Shown here: piece after piece, positions 14,529-27,374 of the stretch
Position numbering within the stretch: the first letter of the stretch is position 1
How the letters are laid out: every line of letters begins with the position of its first letter
Source of the DNA: Mantamonas sphyraenae STR306
Taxonomy: Eukaryota; Protista; CRuMs
Assembly (NCBI GenBank): GCA_026936335.1
Contig: JAPMXV010000067.1
Coordinates: 329,356-393,355, forward strand
Direction of reading: 5' to 3'
DNA: 64,000 nucleotides
Notes under the pieces: model-generated
Told to the model about the DNA's origin: nothing
The model's database searches: none
Seen by the model: the letters and a program-made list of their open reading frames with translations, nothing else
Translations under genes and position numbers: made by a program

Positions 14529-17500
14529 TCACGCAGGCTTGGTCTGATAGTGGTAGATGTAGCTGCCGAGAAGGATGAAAGCAAAGAGAACGCTGGTGAC
14601 GCTGATGAGAATCCACAGCGTCTCGAGGCGCAGCGGAGGCTCGTAGACGTAAACCTTAAAGTAGGCGTCGAGCTCGCACCTGCTCTCGCTGACAAAGACG
14701 GCGCGGAAGTGGTAGAGCTGCTCGCCCTCGAAGCGGATGCCATGGAACTGGGTTGGGTCGAGGACGACGGCGGCCTGTCCGGCGGGATCATTGGCGCAGT
14801 TGAGGGTCTCGGTGTGGTTGAAGCAGTAGTCACGACGACCATTGATCTCTTCAAGGCGGTACAGGGAGGTGGAGGGCAGCTGGCGGCCATCTTGCTGGAT
14901 GACAAACTTGGGCGCATAGGCGTTCTGGTAAAACACGCGTTCGACCCGATCCACACAGTCTGTGTCACGCGGCAAGTTGGAGAAGCGCAGAGCGTCTGTG
15001 CAGCCACACTGAGCTCGGTTGGCCGCGCCTTCACAGCGACCGTATTGGCCGGTGCGCTTGGAAATGGACCAAATATCGTTGTGGCGGGGTTTGGATGGGT
15101 CGGCATGGTATATGAGCTTAGTGATGGGCACAGCGGTGCCATTGATGCTGGGAGGGCGGTAGTTGATGGGCAAGGTCTCTGCGACAGGGGTGCCGTCGGC
15201 GGCGGTGAGGTCGCTGTTGAGAAAGTCATCGCGGCTGTACGGGACGCTCAGGGCAATGGTTTTGGATGGGGGGCAGCCTACCACCACCGTGCGCACAACC
15301 TTGTTCTTGTTGAGACACTGGAGTGAGGGCGAAAGCGTGCTGACGATGAGGGAGGTTGTTCCGCTCTCGGCAAAGCTTGTGATGGAGAGATTGAGCAGCT
15401 GGTACGACGTGCCGTTGATGGTGGCTCGTACTCGGCCTTGGGTGACGCGAACCAGTTTCGGATTGGTGACGCTGACCAGAAACTCGACCGATTCTGGAGC
15501 CACGGCAAAGGTGAGCTGAAGGACGTCGCCGACATCCAAGTAAACGACGCGGACGCCCTGAAAGGTGGATTCGAGTTCCAGAAACTCGATGACGTCGCAG
15601 GTGACCTCACGACGGCTGTACACGCGCTGGCGGGAATGCAGCGGCCAGGCGTAGGCGTCAAAGCCTGGTTCAGGGTTCCACAGGTGCCACTGACCGGGCG
15701 AATACACTGTTGGTTGACCCAGTGAACGGACCACGGCCAGCTGTGCATGTGTGGTGTTTGCTACGTGTTGTACACGCGCCCATCCGGTGGATGGTACCTC
15801 AAGGACCATGCCCACGTGTGCTTGGAGCCAGACAAAGTCGACATCCGGAACACCGGTGTCAACCACGGCCCACACAGCCCCTGAGGCTTCGGCCGCAAGG
15901 AGGCGCAGCTGCTGCCAGGCGACAGCGGCACTGTCGTTGTAGTCGCGCATGTCGTACAATGCCCACTGCTGTGCAGGGACAGCGGCGTAGGAGCGGGGCA
16001 CGAGAACAGTGCGCACGTCCATGTGGCTGGCATTGACAAAGCGCAGGAGCACAAAAGAACCATAATTGGCCACGATAGTCTTTCCCACGTCGGCTGCGGT
16101 CCAGCCACAGGTACGATTGGTGGACTGTGCAAGCGAGGCACACAAGGAGGTCGAACCAGGGTTCCTGAGACGGACGCGCAACAGCTGGCCGACTGCATCT
16201 TGGGCCCCGATGCTGGCGGAGCGATTGCCAAAGTCGAGGCCAAAGCCAAACACGGGACGGCCACTCTCGGGAGCAGGGCTCTCGGACAGAGTGTCGGCCA
16301 GGAGACGCAGGGTGCTGATTGCGGCGTCGCTGCGCACAGCCATGTTGAGACTGGGCTGGCTGGACCGTGAGGACAGGGTGACTGTGGATGCGTCCACGTT
16401 TGTGTCTGTGTCTTGTGTGGTGGTGGTGTAGAAGCCGCCAGCCATGGCAAGCTGCGTGAGGCGGCGCTGGTTGGGCGAGAGCTGCTCGCCGTGCACGAGA
16501 AGGGATCCGCTTTGGGTGGTGAGAATATCGTTGTCCAGCGTGACCAATGAGCCGTTGGACACGACGCTGCTCCTATGGGTCATGACCGCCATGGCCAGCA
16601 TGTCTGTGCGTGACAGTGGCATGGCAGCCAGGGCATAGCGTTCACTGTCGTAGCGGATGGAGTTTGTGGGCGCCAGGATGGCAGCCTCGGTGGACAGAGC
16701 AGTGACGCGCAGCCAGTCTGCGTGCAGGGCCGTTGCACCTGGTGTGGCCTGGAAGCCCAATGGATAGCGTGACAAGTGTACCCCTGCGTATGAGTGGCGA
16801 GGAAAGCGTGCTTCGAGGAGACGCAGGACGCCCAGGTCGTCGTAGTGGATGGCACGCATGGAGCGGACCTGGACGTCGTCAAAGCCATCGGGCTGGGTGG
16901 GCATGGTCACTTGGGCCACTCCAGACGCACCGGGGCAGCTATGGATGACGCGACCACGTGTGGTGGAGGCGGCGAAGCAATCGTCAGCACGGTTGGTGGT
17001 GACCTCATCAAAGAGCTCGTCGGAGCCCTCGGGAAGTATGTACAGAAGACGGAAGTTGTAACCCGAGGATGTGGAGAGCCACAGGTGGTTCCCGTAGGCG
17101 AGAATGAGTCCGGCAGTGCGTGAGGATTGGACGATGCCACGCGGGTAGAAGGTGGCAGGGAACCGGAAACCACGATGCCAGCCGACGGTGGTGTTGTCCG
17201 ATGCATGTTCGTGGAGCAACACCTGTGCCTGATCCGTGCCATTGGTCACCAGATACACAGAAAGATCGAGGTCGTAGTTGCGCGCCGCGCCCAGAAACCA
17301 ATGGTTGGTTTCGAGATGGCCGAGGTCCAACGATGTCCATGGGACATGCAGGCGGTACCAGCGGTCGTGGCTGCGTGTGCCACTAAACACCAAATGTGCA
17401 CCGCGACCCTCCTGTTCAGCCTGCCCTGTGGGTGCCCCAAAAGCCAGGTAAACAAACTCCTCGTCACGCTGGTAGACAGACGTGACGCAATAGCGGGCGA

Positions 17501-18885
17501 AATAGATTGAAAGGGCAGTGGTGGCGTTGATGGAAGAGGACGAGTCAGTCCATGGCGACAGCTGCTGCACAATGAGGGCAGTGAGATTTGTGGCCAGGGT
17601 CTGTGTGACGGAGCTGCCGTGTGGGCGCAACAGGAGTCCGGCAGATGTGTGGAGCAGCAAGCCGTTGTTGAGAAAGTGGAGACGGCGCAGAGTGAGAGAG
17701 GCACAAAGTGGGTCGTTGGGGGCGGTGGAGAGGTCACACACGGTGTGGTTTGCACCTGTGAGGAGGTTCAACAAACGAGGCGGCTGCTGAAACGCAGTTT
17801 CGGTCTCGGCGACGACCATGCCCAGGCGCTGAGCAGATGAAGAGGCAGGCACAGAGAAAGAGAGGACGGAGGAGGCTGCTGTGCAGGCGTGGGCGGCGAC
17901 ATGGATATCGATGGGCAGAAGGGCGTCGGAAGCGAGGGTGGAGGCGTCGTTGAGTGGGGAGCCCCATGAACGCAGAGAATCAAGAGTGCTCACGCTGACC
18001 ATGGAGTCTGCGACGACGCAACCGAGCACTTGGATGTTGTTGGATCGCACAAGGATGTCGATGGGCGAAGCAATCTCGCCCGTGGAGATGGTGGCGCGCC
18101 AGTGCGGATCGGAGGCGTTGGTGGTGACCACGGTGAGGGCCGAAACGCGCAACGATGTGGCCGAGGTGTCCATGTCGAGGGTGGGAAACTCGCCGACGCG
18201 AAGGAAGCTTGTGGTGACCTGTTCGGAGGCACGCAGAGAGGACGGGTCGACAATGCGCAGACGCACAGCCAGAGACGAGCGGTTTGCAGGCAACACCAGC
18301 GTCTGTGTGTTTCCGCTGGAGGTCACACGGGCCGCACTGTCATCTACGTCGATGTGAAAGCGGTAGCAGCCTGTGGCAGAGGCGTAAGGAGACAGCGGTG
18401 AGGGCAAGAGAGTGTCAGCGGGAGAGAACGGCTTGCAACGGCTGGGCAGGGACGGGCGAACGGCAGAACGCACCAGAGACGGCACGGACAATGATGTGAA
18501 AGACAGCAACTGGACAGGCAGTGCCCGAAGCAAGGAGACCGTGGGTGGCGGTGTTGTTTGAGTCGCAGAGCATGATACGGGCGGGTTTGACGCCTGTGGA
18601 GGAGTAGGTGTGCACGAGGCGGCTGCTTGTACTGGCACGCACGTCCCACGTGCCGCCAGCCTCGCCGTCGCCGTAATCGAAAGAATAATACAAAGAGCCG
18701 TTGCGTGGATGGAAGCTACGCGAGGCATCGAGGACCACAGGACGTCCGACCTGTGCGATCTGTTCGCCAGAGACTGTGCTGTAGTGTGCACGCAGTACAG
18801 GGTCCTGATTTGTGTATGCGCGTGTGTGCGGCACCCAAAGGGCCACCACAAGCAGAGCTATGAGAAGCAGGTGTGCCTGCTGCAT
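14529..18885 (-). CDS. CATSPERB: CatSper auxiliary subunit beta-like type I membrane protein with N-terminal signal peptide and PKD domain; intron 18371-18473
   Basis: Signal peptide MQQAHLLLIALLVVALW. PKD-like VVLDASRS..YSFDYGDG..HTYSSTG. C-terminal GCPP..LPINYRPPS..IYHADPSKP..SKRTG..C...CGCT..DC and LYHFRAV...C...FKVYVYEPPL plus one TM, recalled as matching the animal CATSPERB C-terminus. Confidence 0.8.
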
Positions 18886-18933
18886 GTGTGTGGTCGGAGT
18901 TGGGCCCTGGAGACGGTGCTGTGTTTTGGCTGC

Positions 18934-18960
18934 GTTGCCAGAGGCAACGTGACCAATCAC
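18934..18960. promoter_or_regulatory. X-box-like palindrome (GTTGCC-AGA-GGCAAC) and CCAAT in the 81-bp divergent spacer between the CATSPERB-like gene and BDP1
   Basis: GTTGCCAGAGGCAAC at 18934-18948 fits the RFX consensus GTNRCC-N(0-3)-RGYAAC; CCAAT at 18953-18957. Confidence 0.45.
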
Positions 18961-18966
18961 CAGAGC

Positions 18967-20649
18967 ATGGACCTGAGTAAGTGGGACCCGTGGGGCAGAG
19001 GAGACGTGTGGTATGGAAAGGGGCATGGGTGCGGGACGGGACAACGCAAGGCTGGCGACGCAGTGACGGACCAAGCGGAAGGCGCGCGTGGCGAGACTCC
19101 GCTGTGCAGAGACCGGGTGAGGCACGTGAGGGAGGACACGGGCACTGACACCCACTTTGCGTTGTGTGTGAACACAGCTGTTGCCACACAGGCACCCGTT
19201 CAGGTCAAGGGTGGGTCCAAGGGCCGCAAGAAGAAAACCAAGGGACGGCGACGACCCGAGGCGCCTGTACAGAGCAGCAGGGAGGCGGAGGCGGAGGATG
19301 CATCCAACGAGATGAGCCTTGAAGGCGTGGATGCAGGCACAAACAGGATGTCGACGGGGGAGCAAACGGGCGTGGACGAGACCGGCGGACAGGAGCGTGG
19401 GAGCAGCATGTCCGCGAGCAGGTCAGCTGGCCTGGCACCAACAGACACTTCCAGCAGCCTGACGGTGGTTGCCAGCGGGCAAGGCATGCCTGTGCCCAAG
19501 GCATCTGCACGAAGGCGGCGGTCGAAGCGCACGTTGAGCACCAACAGCGCGCTGACGTCGTCGACAAGCGGACCGGGGCGGGCCGAGACGCAAGACGCGT
19601 TGGAGCGCGAAGCGGGCCCCGAAGCAGCGTCGTTGCAATTGTCGACAGGTAATATGCTCACAGCAGGCAGCATGATCTCCAGCAGCCTGTTTCAGGACAA
19701 AATGTCAGGGCCGGTGGTGGCGTCGGGGTTGTCGACGTCTGCGTCTTTGGTACCTGCGGCAAGGTCAGTAGGGCCGAATGAGCAGACGCATGGGGCGTCT
19801 GGTTCGGCACGAGGCACCACCAAGAGGAGGCCTGCAGCGGCGGGTCTCACGGAAAGTAGGGGAGCAAGGAAACGGACGCACGAGTCAATGAGCAGCACGC
19901 CATCGGTTGGAAGCAGCGAGACACAGCAAACGGAACGACAGACGGGACAACGAGCAACACAACGAAGCACAGGGGTGGGAGCGACCAGCACCAGAACCAG
20001 CACCAGCACCAGCACCAGCACCAGCACCAGCACCAGCAGCGTGAGAGCGGGTGGCTTAGGAGGCAGCAGGGGCGGCGGTGGAGCGTCCACCAACTCGTTG
20101 GCACGCATTTCGTCAGCCAGTAAGATCAAGAAACGGCGTGTGGACGCAGGCAGCAGGACACAAAGCACAACATCGGTGAGCTCGAGTCGGGGAGGCAGCA
20201 GCAGGCGCTTGGCGCGTCAGGTGGACGAAGGAGCTCAATCGGTGGTGGCCACCGTGGCCATGGCAGACGACGGGACGTTTATCATCGACAGCAGTTCGCT
20301 TGTGGTGACGCTGCCAACGGAGAGCAGCGGAATCGGGCCGTCAAACGAAAACACAGCACCGATCAGCTACCGTGATTCGACGAACCAGCGACGGACATTT
20401 GCAGCACGGTGGACTCCAGAAGAGACTGCGGATTTTTACACCGCCCTGCGCATGTGTGGCACAGACTTTTCGCGCATGGCCACGCTGCTTCCTGAACGCA
20501 ACCGCAACGCCATCAAACGCAAGTTTAAACGGGAAGAAAAGATCAATTCAGTGCTGATAGAGCGAGCCCTGGCGTCGCCACTTGTGTACGACCCATCGCA
20601 AATGGCCGAGGAACGAGGAACGTCGATGAGCTGGGTGGAATTCAGATGA
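18967..20649 (+). CDS. BDP1: TFIIIB subunit BDP1-like SANT protein; probable short first exon then a GTAAGT intron
   Basis: GTFIIDSSSLVV, then RWTPEETADFYTALRMCGTDFSRMATLLPERNRNAIKRKFKREEK. Confidence 0.85.
   Translation: MDLSKWDPWGRGDVWYGKGHGCGTGQRKAGDAVTDQAEGARGETPLCRDRVRHVREDTGTDTHFALCVNTAVATQAPVQVKGGSKGRKKKTKGRRRPEAPVQSSREAEAEDASNEMSLEGVDAGTNRMSTGEQTGVDETGGQERGSSMSASRSAGLAPTDTSSSLTVVASGQGMPVPKASARRRRSKRTLSTNSALTSSTSGPGRAETQDALEREAGPEAASLQLSTGNMLTAGSMISSSLFQDKMSGPVVASGLSTSASLVPAARSVGPNEQTHGASGSARGTTKRRPAAAGLTESRGARKRTHESMSSTPSVGSSETQQTERQTGQRATQRSTGVGATSTRTSTSTSTSTSTSTSSVRAGGLGGSRGGGGASTNSLARISSASKIKKRRVDAGSRTQSTTSVSSSRGGSSRRLARQVDEGAQSVVATVAMADDGTFIIDSSSLVVTLPTESSGIGPSNENTAPISYRDSTNQRRTFAARWTPEETADFYTALRMCGTDFSRMATLLPERNRNAIKRKFKREEKINSVLIERALASPLVYDPSQMAEERGTSMSWVEFR
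19984..20039 (+). repeat. (ACCAGC)n coding repeat giving a Thr-Ser run
   Basis: Tandem hexamers visible inside BDP1. Confidence 0.85.
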
Positions 20650-20713
20650 GCAGAGCAGGTCACAGAACGCACAGGAAGACAGAGAGAGAGAGAGAGCACG
20701 AGCAATGGAAGCA

Positions 20714-22876
20714 TCATTCGTTGGCACCCACAAGCTCCACACCCAGGTCCTTGGCAACCATCTTGGCGGCAATGCCGTGGTAGATGCGGTAGTTTGCGTT
20801 GAAGGTGTCGACCGCAAGCTTCTTGCCGGCTTCGCTGGCGTAGAGCTGGCGGTAAAGAGGGCGCACAAACTTCATGCGACCCTGTTCGAGCAGGAATTCG
20901 ACAATGGCGGGAAAGTGTTCGACGTTGCCCGAACGGATGCTGAGGCTGGCGTAGCGGAAGCGGATCTCGCTGTTGCCGTATTTCGAGAGGGAGTAGAGCT
21001 CGTTCATCTTGAGCAGAGTTTCGAGGGCCAGCGGGTTCTCCTCGGTTGCAGTGAGGAGAGCGTTGAGAAAGTGGATGATTTGCTCGATGTGCCAGCCCTG
21101 CATGTCCTCGGCAGTTGCACCCTCGCCGTTGTCGTTGACCCACTTGGAGGCCAGTTTGTCGGCGACGTCGGACAGCGTGGTGTCAAACTCGGGGTCTACA
21201 GGAGGCATACCCGGGGCAAAGAACCAGGCGTCCCAGTCGATTGCGTCCAGGGTCTCCTGGCTGACCGAGTCTGCGAAAAAGTCGAGGAAGGTCTGCTTCC
21301 ACTCGTCGGTGGTCACAGTGCCATACGCAAACTTCTGCACGTAGGTCTTGAGGAAAGGCTCAAACTTCTCCGGGCCACCCACGAGCTTCTCGAGGTAGAA
21401 GAGGAGGTTGAAGCCCTTTTCGTAGGGCACGGACGAGAAGGCGTCATCGGGATCGATTCCTGTGAGGCTGTGACACGACATGAGGAAATGAGGTTGGGAC
21501 AAGGAGATGTGAGCGCGGAAAGGTCGAGGGAGGGGGGGGGGGCAGTGAGGGAGGGAGGGAGGAACTCACTCGGGCACGAGGGCGGTGAGCTGGGACTCGG
21601 CGCCAAAGTGGTCAACCGAGTCCTTGAGGGCACGCCAGCCAGTGAGGGCAGACAGGTGGCGGAACTCTTCGCCATGCAGACGCTGGAGGATCTTGCGCTC
21701 GATAAAGACAGTGTGACCCTCGTTGAGCCAGAAATGGGTCCAGGTGCGGTTGGTGACAAGGTTACCCATCCAGGAGTGAGCAATCTCGTGGGCAACGACG
21801 TTGGCAAGGGACTTGTCGCCAGCCAGGAGGGTGGGGGTCACAAAGGTGAGGGTGGGGTTCTCCATGCCGCCGTAGGGGAAGGAAGGCGGCAGGAGAAGGA
21901 TGTCGTACTTGCCCCAGCAGTACTCTGTGAGGAGCTCCTCGCCCGTGGCAATGAACTTTTCGGTGTCTTCAAACTCGTAAGCACCTGCTTCGACCATTTC
22001 GGGTTCGCTCCAGACCTTGCTGCGCGGCCCAATGTCCCTGCTCTCGAGGTGGCCGATGGCGAGGGCGGTGAGGTAGGACGGGATGGGCACATTCTGGGCA
22101 AAGGAGTAGGTGATGGTGTTGTCGTCACCCTGAGCATCGCCTGTGGAGATGGCGCTCATGAGGGCCACGAGCGGGGCCGGGACGGTGACCTTTGCGTCGT
22201 AGGTGATCTTGCGGGACGGAGAGTCCTGGCAGGGCATCATGGAGCGGGCGTGGATGGCCTGGCACTGGGTGAAGAGGTAGGGGTGCTTCTTGCCTGCAGT
22301 CTGGCTCGGTTCCAGCCACTGGATGGCCGGGGCGTTGGGAGTCGTGTTGTAGGAGACGGTGACTTGGAAGGGCGTGTCAACCTCGACCGCGTTGGGGAGG
22401 GTGATTGTCAGGGGCACACCAAAGGCCTCGGACTCGGTGCCCAGGGAGAACTGGGAAAGGTGTTTAACGAGTGGGAGGGTTGTGTGTGGGTGTGAGCAAT
22501 GTGGGCTGGGAGGCGGACGGAATGTGACGAGAGGGAGGCCGGACCTGCGGCACAACGAAAGGGCAACGGCAGAGGACAGGGCGGAAGGGAAAGGGCAATG
22601 AAAGGCGGTGGAGTCAGTGCATACCTCTGCATCTGCACCGTCGACGGTGACAGACTGGATGTCGAGGGCACGGGTGTCGAGAACGACGGTGGTGACGCCG
22701 GCGACGAGGGCCTGCGTGGACAGGGTGACGCTGCCCTTGAGGCTCTTGGCCTCAAAGTCTGCGGTCCAATCGATGGACACGTGGGTGACAGCCACCTCGT
22801 TGAGGTTGGCTTGCGTCGAGAGGTCGTTGACGTCGGTGACGATGGGTGCCTGCTTGGGGGTGTCTGTGGATGACAT
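20714..22876 (-). CDS. LTA4H: Leukotriene A4 hydrolase-like M1 aminopeptidase; introns 22451-22624 and ~21469-21569
   Basis: HPYLFTQCQAIHARS, PYGGMENP, HEIAHSW...WLNEG, PDDAFSSVPYEKG, QGRMKFVRPLY. Confidence 0.95.
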
Positions 22877-23095
22877 TCTTGGTTGGGGTGGGTCCCAAGG
22901 CGCTTCATTGCACACAGGCGAGAGCAATGACGGACACATGTGTCGTACAGGCATGAGGGAGAATCCGAAGGCAGTGGAATGCGTGGGGTTGGACTTGGGG
23001 CACGGAGCAGCCACGCCATGGGTGCCAACCGAACGGGAAGATGGAATCGCTGGTTGAGCTGTTGGCAGCAAAGGGTACGTACGAACGGCGTCGAA

Positions 23096-26000
23096 ATGGG
23101 TGGGATGGGGGAGGTTGACATTGGACGCTGACACGAATCACACACAACATGCAGACATCAAGAGCATGACTGCCGGGGTGGAACAGCTGGAGGAGTACCT
23201 GGAGAGTGGCGAAGAGCTGGACGTAAGCGACACGGGCCGTTTTCCTACACACACACAGCATGCACAGACGCTGACACGTGACGTGGGCTGGGTTACACGC
23301 GTGTGAATGGGCAATCGCACAGCACGAGTGGGTGGACGTGCTCTTTGACGCGCTCAGCAGCGTGATCGCCTCGTCGAACTTCAAGTTGAGCCGGGCGGGC
23401 TTGCAGCAAACCGCGGCGCTGATCGAACGCATGGGCGACTCGTCCACCATCTACTTTAACAAAATCATCAAGCCCAGCATCGACCGGTAAGGGAACGGGA
23501 GGAGGCTGGGCGAGGAGAGGGGAGCAGACGTTCCGGCAGGCGGGGGACGTGAGCGGGCACTGACCAGCGACCGGCGCGCGCTCACAGGCTGGGAGACGGC
23601 AAGGAGCCCGTGCGTGACGCTGCCGTCGACCTGTTTCTGGTCATGATGGGCATTGTGGAGCCATCGGAAGTTTTCCACCGCGTAAAGCCTGCGTTTAAGC
23701 ACAAGAACTGGCGTGTGCGCGAGACGGTTCGTTCAAGAGAGAAATCTCGCGCCCTTTTTCACCTGCCGAACTCCACCGCACTGCGTTCGCCACCATCGAG
23801 GCCGCTAGGTGCAGCATGCACACGGCCGTGGCCACGCAACCCCTTTTATGAGGATATGGCGTGGTGGCAGCTGTTGCACACGGTCGCTGCTGTGGGGAGG
23901 CCAGAGCAGCGGGGAGCGGGCAAAATGGAGCGGTGGAATTGCGGCGAGGTAGAACAGGGCACACAGGGCACATGGGGCGTCTTACTGACACATGGAACCC
24001 GGACGGTCGGTTGCGTATGGTTGTGTGTGCACAGGTTCTGCTGCTGTTCAATCGCACAGTGGACATGTTTGGCGGCGACTCGCTGGATTTTGACGAGGTG
24101 CTGCCGCTGGTTGCGCCGTTGTTGGCCGACCAGGCAGCAGGGGTACGTGACAACGCCTTTTCGTCCATGGAGCTCATGTACAGTGTCCAGGGCTCGTCGT
24201 TCATCACGGCAGTCAAGGGCAACAAGCAGATCCACGCACGCACACTGAAGATCCTGCTCGGGCGGTTTGAGCAGGTGCAGGTGGAGGACTCGCCCGGGTC
24301 CGCAGGCAGCAGTGGCCACCTCTACGACGTCAGCAGCGAAGCAGGCGCACTCAGTAACAACACACGCAGCCCCAAGGTGGCGCGCAGCTCCAGCCGTTTG
24401 CGCGAGGGCGATCTGGACATGGGTTCCACAGGAGGCACCGGCGGCGGCTCCGGAGGCGGAGGTCGGCCCAGCTCGGGCTCGCGCTCGGTGGCCAGCGGCG
24501 GCTCGTCCAACAGCAATCTGGACTTTAACATGGACACTTTCTTTGACAAGGACTTTGGCGTGCAGAGTTTCCGCAACGAGCGCGACCTGCAGAAGCAGCT
24601 GGACGAGATTGCAAACAACATCAAGAACACGACGGACGATTGGGAGGTGCGCAGGGCGAACGTGCGCAAATTGGGCGCCCTCATCAACGGAGGCGTGCTG
24701 GACGAGCACTACGATGTGTTTATCCAATACCTCAAGGACATCCGCAGCAAGCTGAACAAGCAGATCAGCGACCTGCGCTCAGCCGTTGTGCGCGACACCT
24801 GCGCCACCTGCGTCTTTATTTCCGAGAACCTGGGTGATGCGTTTGCGCCCATCTTTGAGTATCTGATGCCCTCGTTGCTCAAACAGTGTTCTGTGCGCAC
24901 CAAGGTCATTGCCAGCAGCGGCCAGCTGTGCATCCAGAGCGTCATCCTGAACACCACAGCGCCACGAGCCATCACCAAGGTCATCGAGGGGTTGCAGACA
25001 CGCAGCAAAGACCTGCGGGAACGCTGCATCGAATACCTGCTGCTCATGCTCGAGGCATGGCAGCGAGAGGCTTTTGCCAAGCACGCCGACGCTCTGTACA
25101 CATGCATCAAGGACTCCATCAGCGACTCGTCGTCGTATGTGCGTGTGCGTGCACGTCGTTGCTACTGGGCCTACAAGCAGCATTTTGTGGACCGGGCCAA
25201 TCGCATGATGAAGGGTCTGGATTCGTCGCAACAGAAATACCTGTACGACGAGCTGCAAGGAGGAGGCTCGTCGTCGTCGTCATCATCGTCTTCGTCGTCA
25301 TCCTCTTCCTCATCGTCGTCCACACGTCAGCGGCCAGGCACAGCACCGGCGCGCAAGAGCAGGCCGTCGAGCGGATCGTCGCGCAGCGGCAGCGGCCTGT
25401 CGTCGACAGGACGGGGCAAGCGACCAAGCAGCGGTTCTGCAGGAGGCAACAGCTCGACACGTACGCGGCCAGCAAGCAGCAAGGGCTCCAGCGGAGGTCT
25501 GCGCAACGGAGGCGGAGCCAAGCGCGTAGGCAGTGGAGGCAGCAGGGGAGGCTCTGCAGGCGCGTCGTCGTCGACGACAACGTCGTCCAACACCGTGTTG
25601 GCGACGGGTGCGTCACGTGTGGTGCACAGTCTGGCGTCGGAAGGGTCGGAGGAGCAGGAGGACGAAGGCCTTGGCCAAGAGAGGGAAAAGTCGGTGTACG
25701 ATACGAGCATCAAGTCGCTGTTGCGAAAGGCACAAGGGAACGACTGGTCTCTGCGATTGCAGGCGTTCAACACGCTGGCGGCGCTATACAAGTCGCAGCA
25801 AGGTCAGACCAAGATCATGAGTGGGTCCAACCTAGACAAGCTGATGGTTCTGTACGAAGACAAACTGAGCGAAAGCCACGCAAAGGTGGCTTTGGTGGTG
25901 CTGCACTCGTTCAGCGACCTGGTGGTGCAGTTCAACGAGCACATGGAAGGCCAGATGGACCGGTTCCTGGGCAAACTGTTCTTGCGCCTGAGCGACACCA

Positions 26001-27307
26001 AGGAGAGCCTGCGCACGGCGGCATCCAACGTGCTCAAGCTCATTGCCGACCTGTTTACACCCAACTCTCTCATGCCCTCTCTGTTCAAGGCGCTGGCGGA
26101 CGAAACGAGTGCCAGTGTGCGCCTGAGCACGGTCAAGTACATTGTGGACTTGCTGCCGGCCTCGCACGAGTACCTGTACATGGGCAACCACATGAAGTTC
26201 TTTGTGTACAAGTTCTTGGAAGTGAGCAAGGACCGCAACCAGGAGCTGCGTCACGCCGGCGTGGAGGCGCTGCTCAACTTGTACGACGTCAACGAAGAAC
26301 ACTTTCTCAAGCAGGCAAACACCTTGTCACCGACCAACGTGCTTGCCCTGCGCAAAACGCTGGCCAAGCACATCGAGGGCATCGAGTACGTGCTTGGCCC
26401 AGAGCCCGACGAGGAAGATGATGAGCCTGAGGAAGGCGATGTCGATGTGCAAGAGGAGACGACACAACAGCAGCAGCAGGAACAACAGCAACAACAACAA
26501 CACAGTGCGTACAACCCGCATGCTTACCATGAGGGCGTCAGGAGTGGTGACGAAAACACCATGCCATCTGCATCAGGCGGCGGCATGGCCAACAGCAGCG
26601 CGAGCCACAAGGCGCTCGTGGACGACGGCAGCATGCCGGACTTTGTGGCAGCGGTGGCGAGGAGCGTTGGGGACGAGCGTGTGGACGCGCTGCACAAGGT
26701 GATTGCGGTGAGCCGCGAAAACGACGTCGGCTTGTGGGAGGAACACTTTGACCTAGTGCTGTCCGAGGTGCTCAACGCTCTCAGTGACTCCGTGGGGGAG
26801 GTGCGAGAGATCGGATGTGTGGTGATCAAGGAGCTTGCAGAGAACCAGCCAGACGGGTTTGGCGACGTGTTGGCCACAGTCGTCAACCACCTGCTGCTTC
26901 TGTACGCAGACGACACACGAGAGGTGAGCCAGGCTGCGGAAGAGGCGATGGAGGCAGTGTTGGAGGCATGTGAAACCCAGGCGTGCCTGGAGCTTCTGAA
27001 TCCCCTCGTCAGCGAAGAGGACGGCGCCACACTGCAGCTCAGCATCCGCTTGCTGTCCAGTGTACTCTCGCGTATCCAAAACCGGGACGAGCTGCACGCC
27101 GAGCTCCCGTCGATCTTGCCGGGTATCTTTGCGGCGTTTAACAACCCGGTGGCGGATGTGCGCAAAGCGGTGGTTTTCTGCCTTGTCGACCTCTACATGC
27201 GTCTCGGCGACGACTTTGCACCCTACCTCACCAACCTGTCCACCTCTCAGCTCAAGCTAGTGACCATCTATGTCAACCGAATGCGAGCAAAGCAGCAAGG
27301 TGACTGA
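23096..27307 (+). CDS. CLASP: CLASP (TOG/HEAT-repeat microtubule plus-end protein); four 5' introns
   Basis: RLGDGKEPVRD, FKHKNWRVRE, DDWEVR, DLRSAVVRDTC, VRVRARRCYW, Ser/Arg-rich linker, C-terminal ADVRKAVVFCLVDLY...QLKLVTIYVNR. Confidence 0.92.
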
Positions 27308-27374
27308 GAGTGGGAGAAAGCAATGGAGAATTTTTCGACTTGAGTTGCGTTTTCATTTTCCTTGCAGGTCACGA

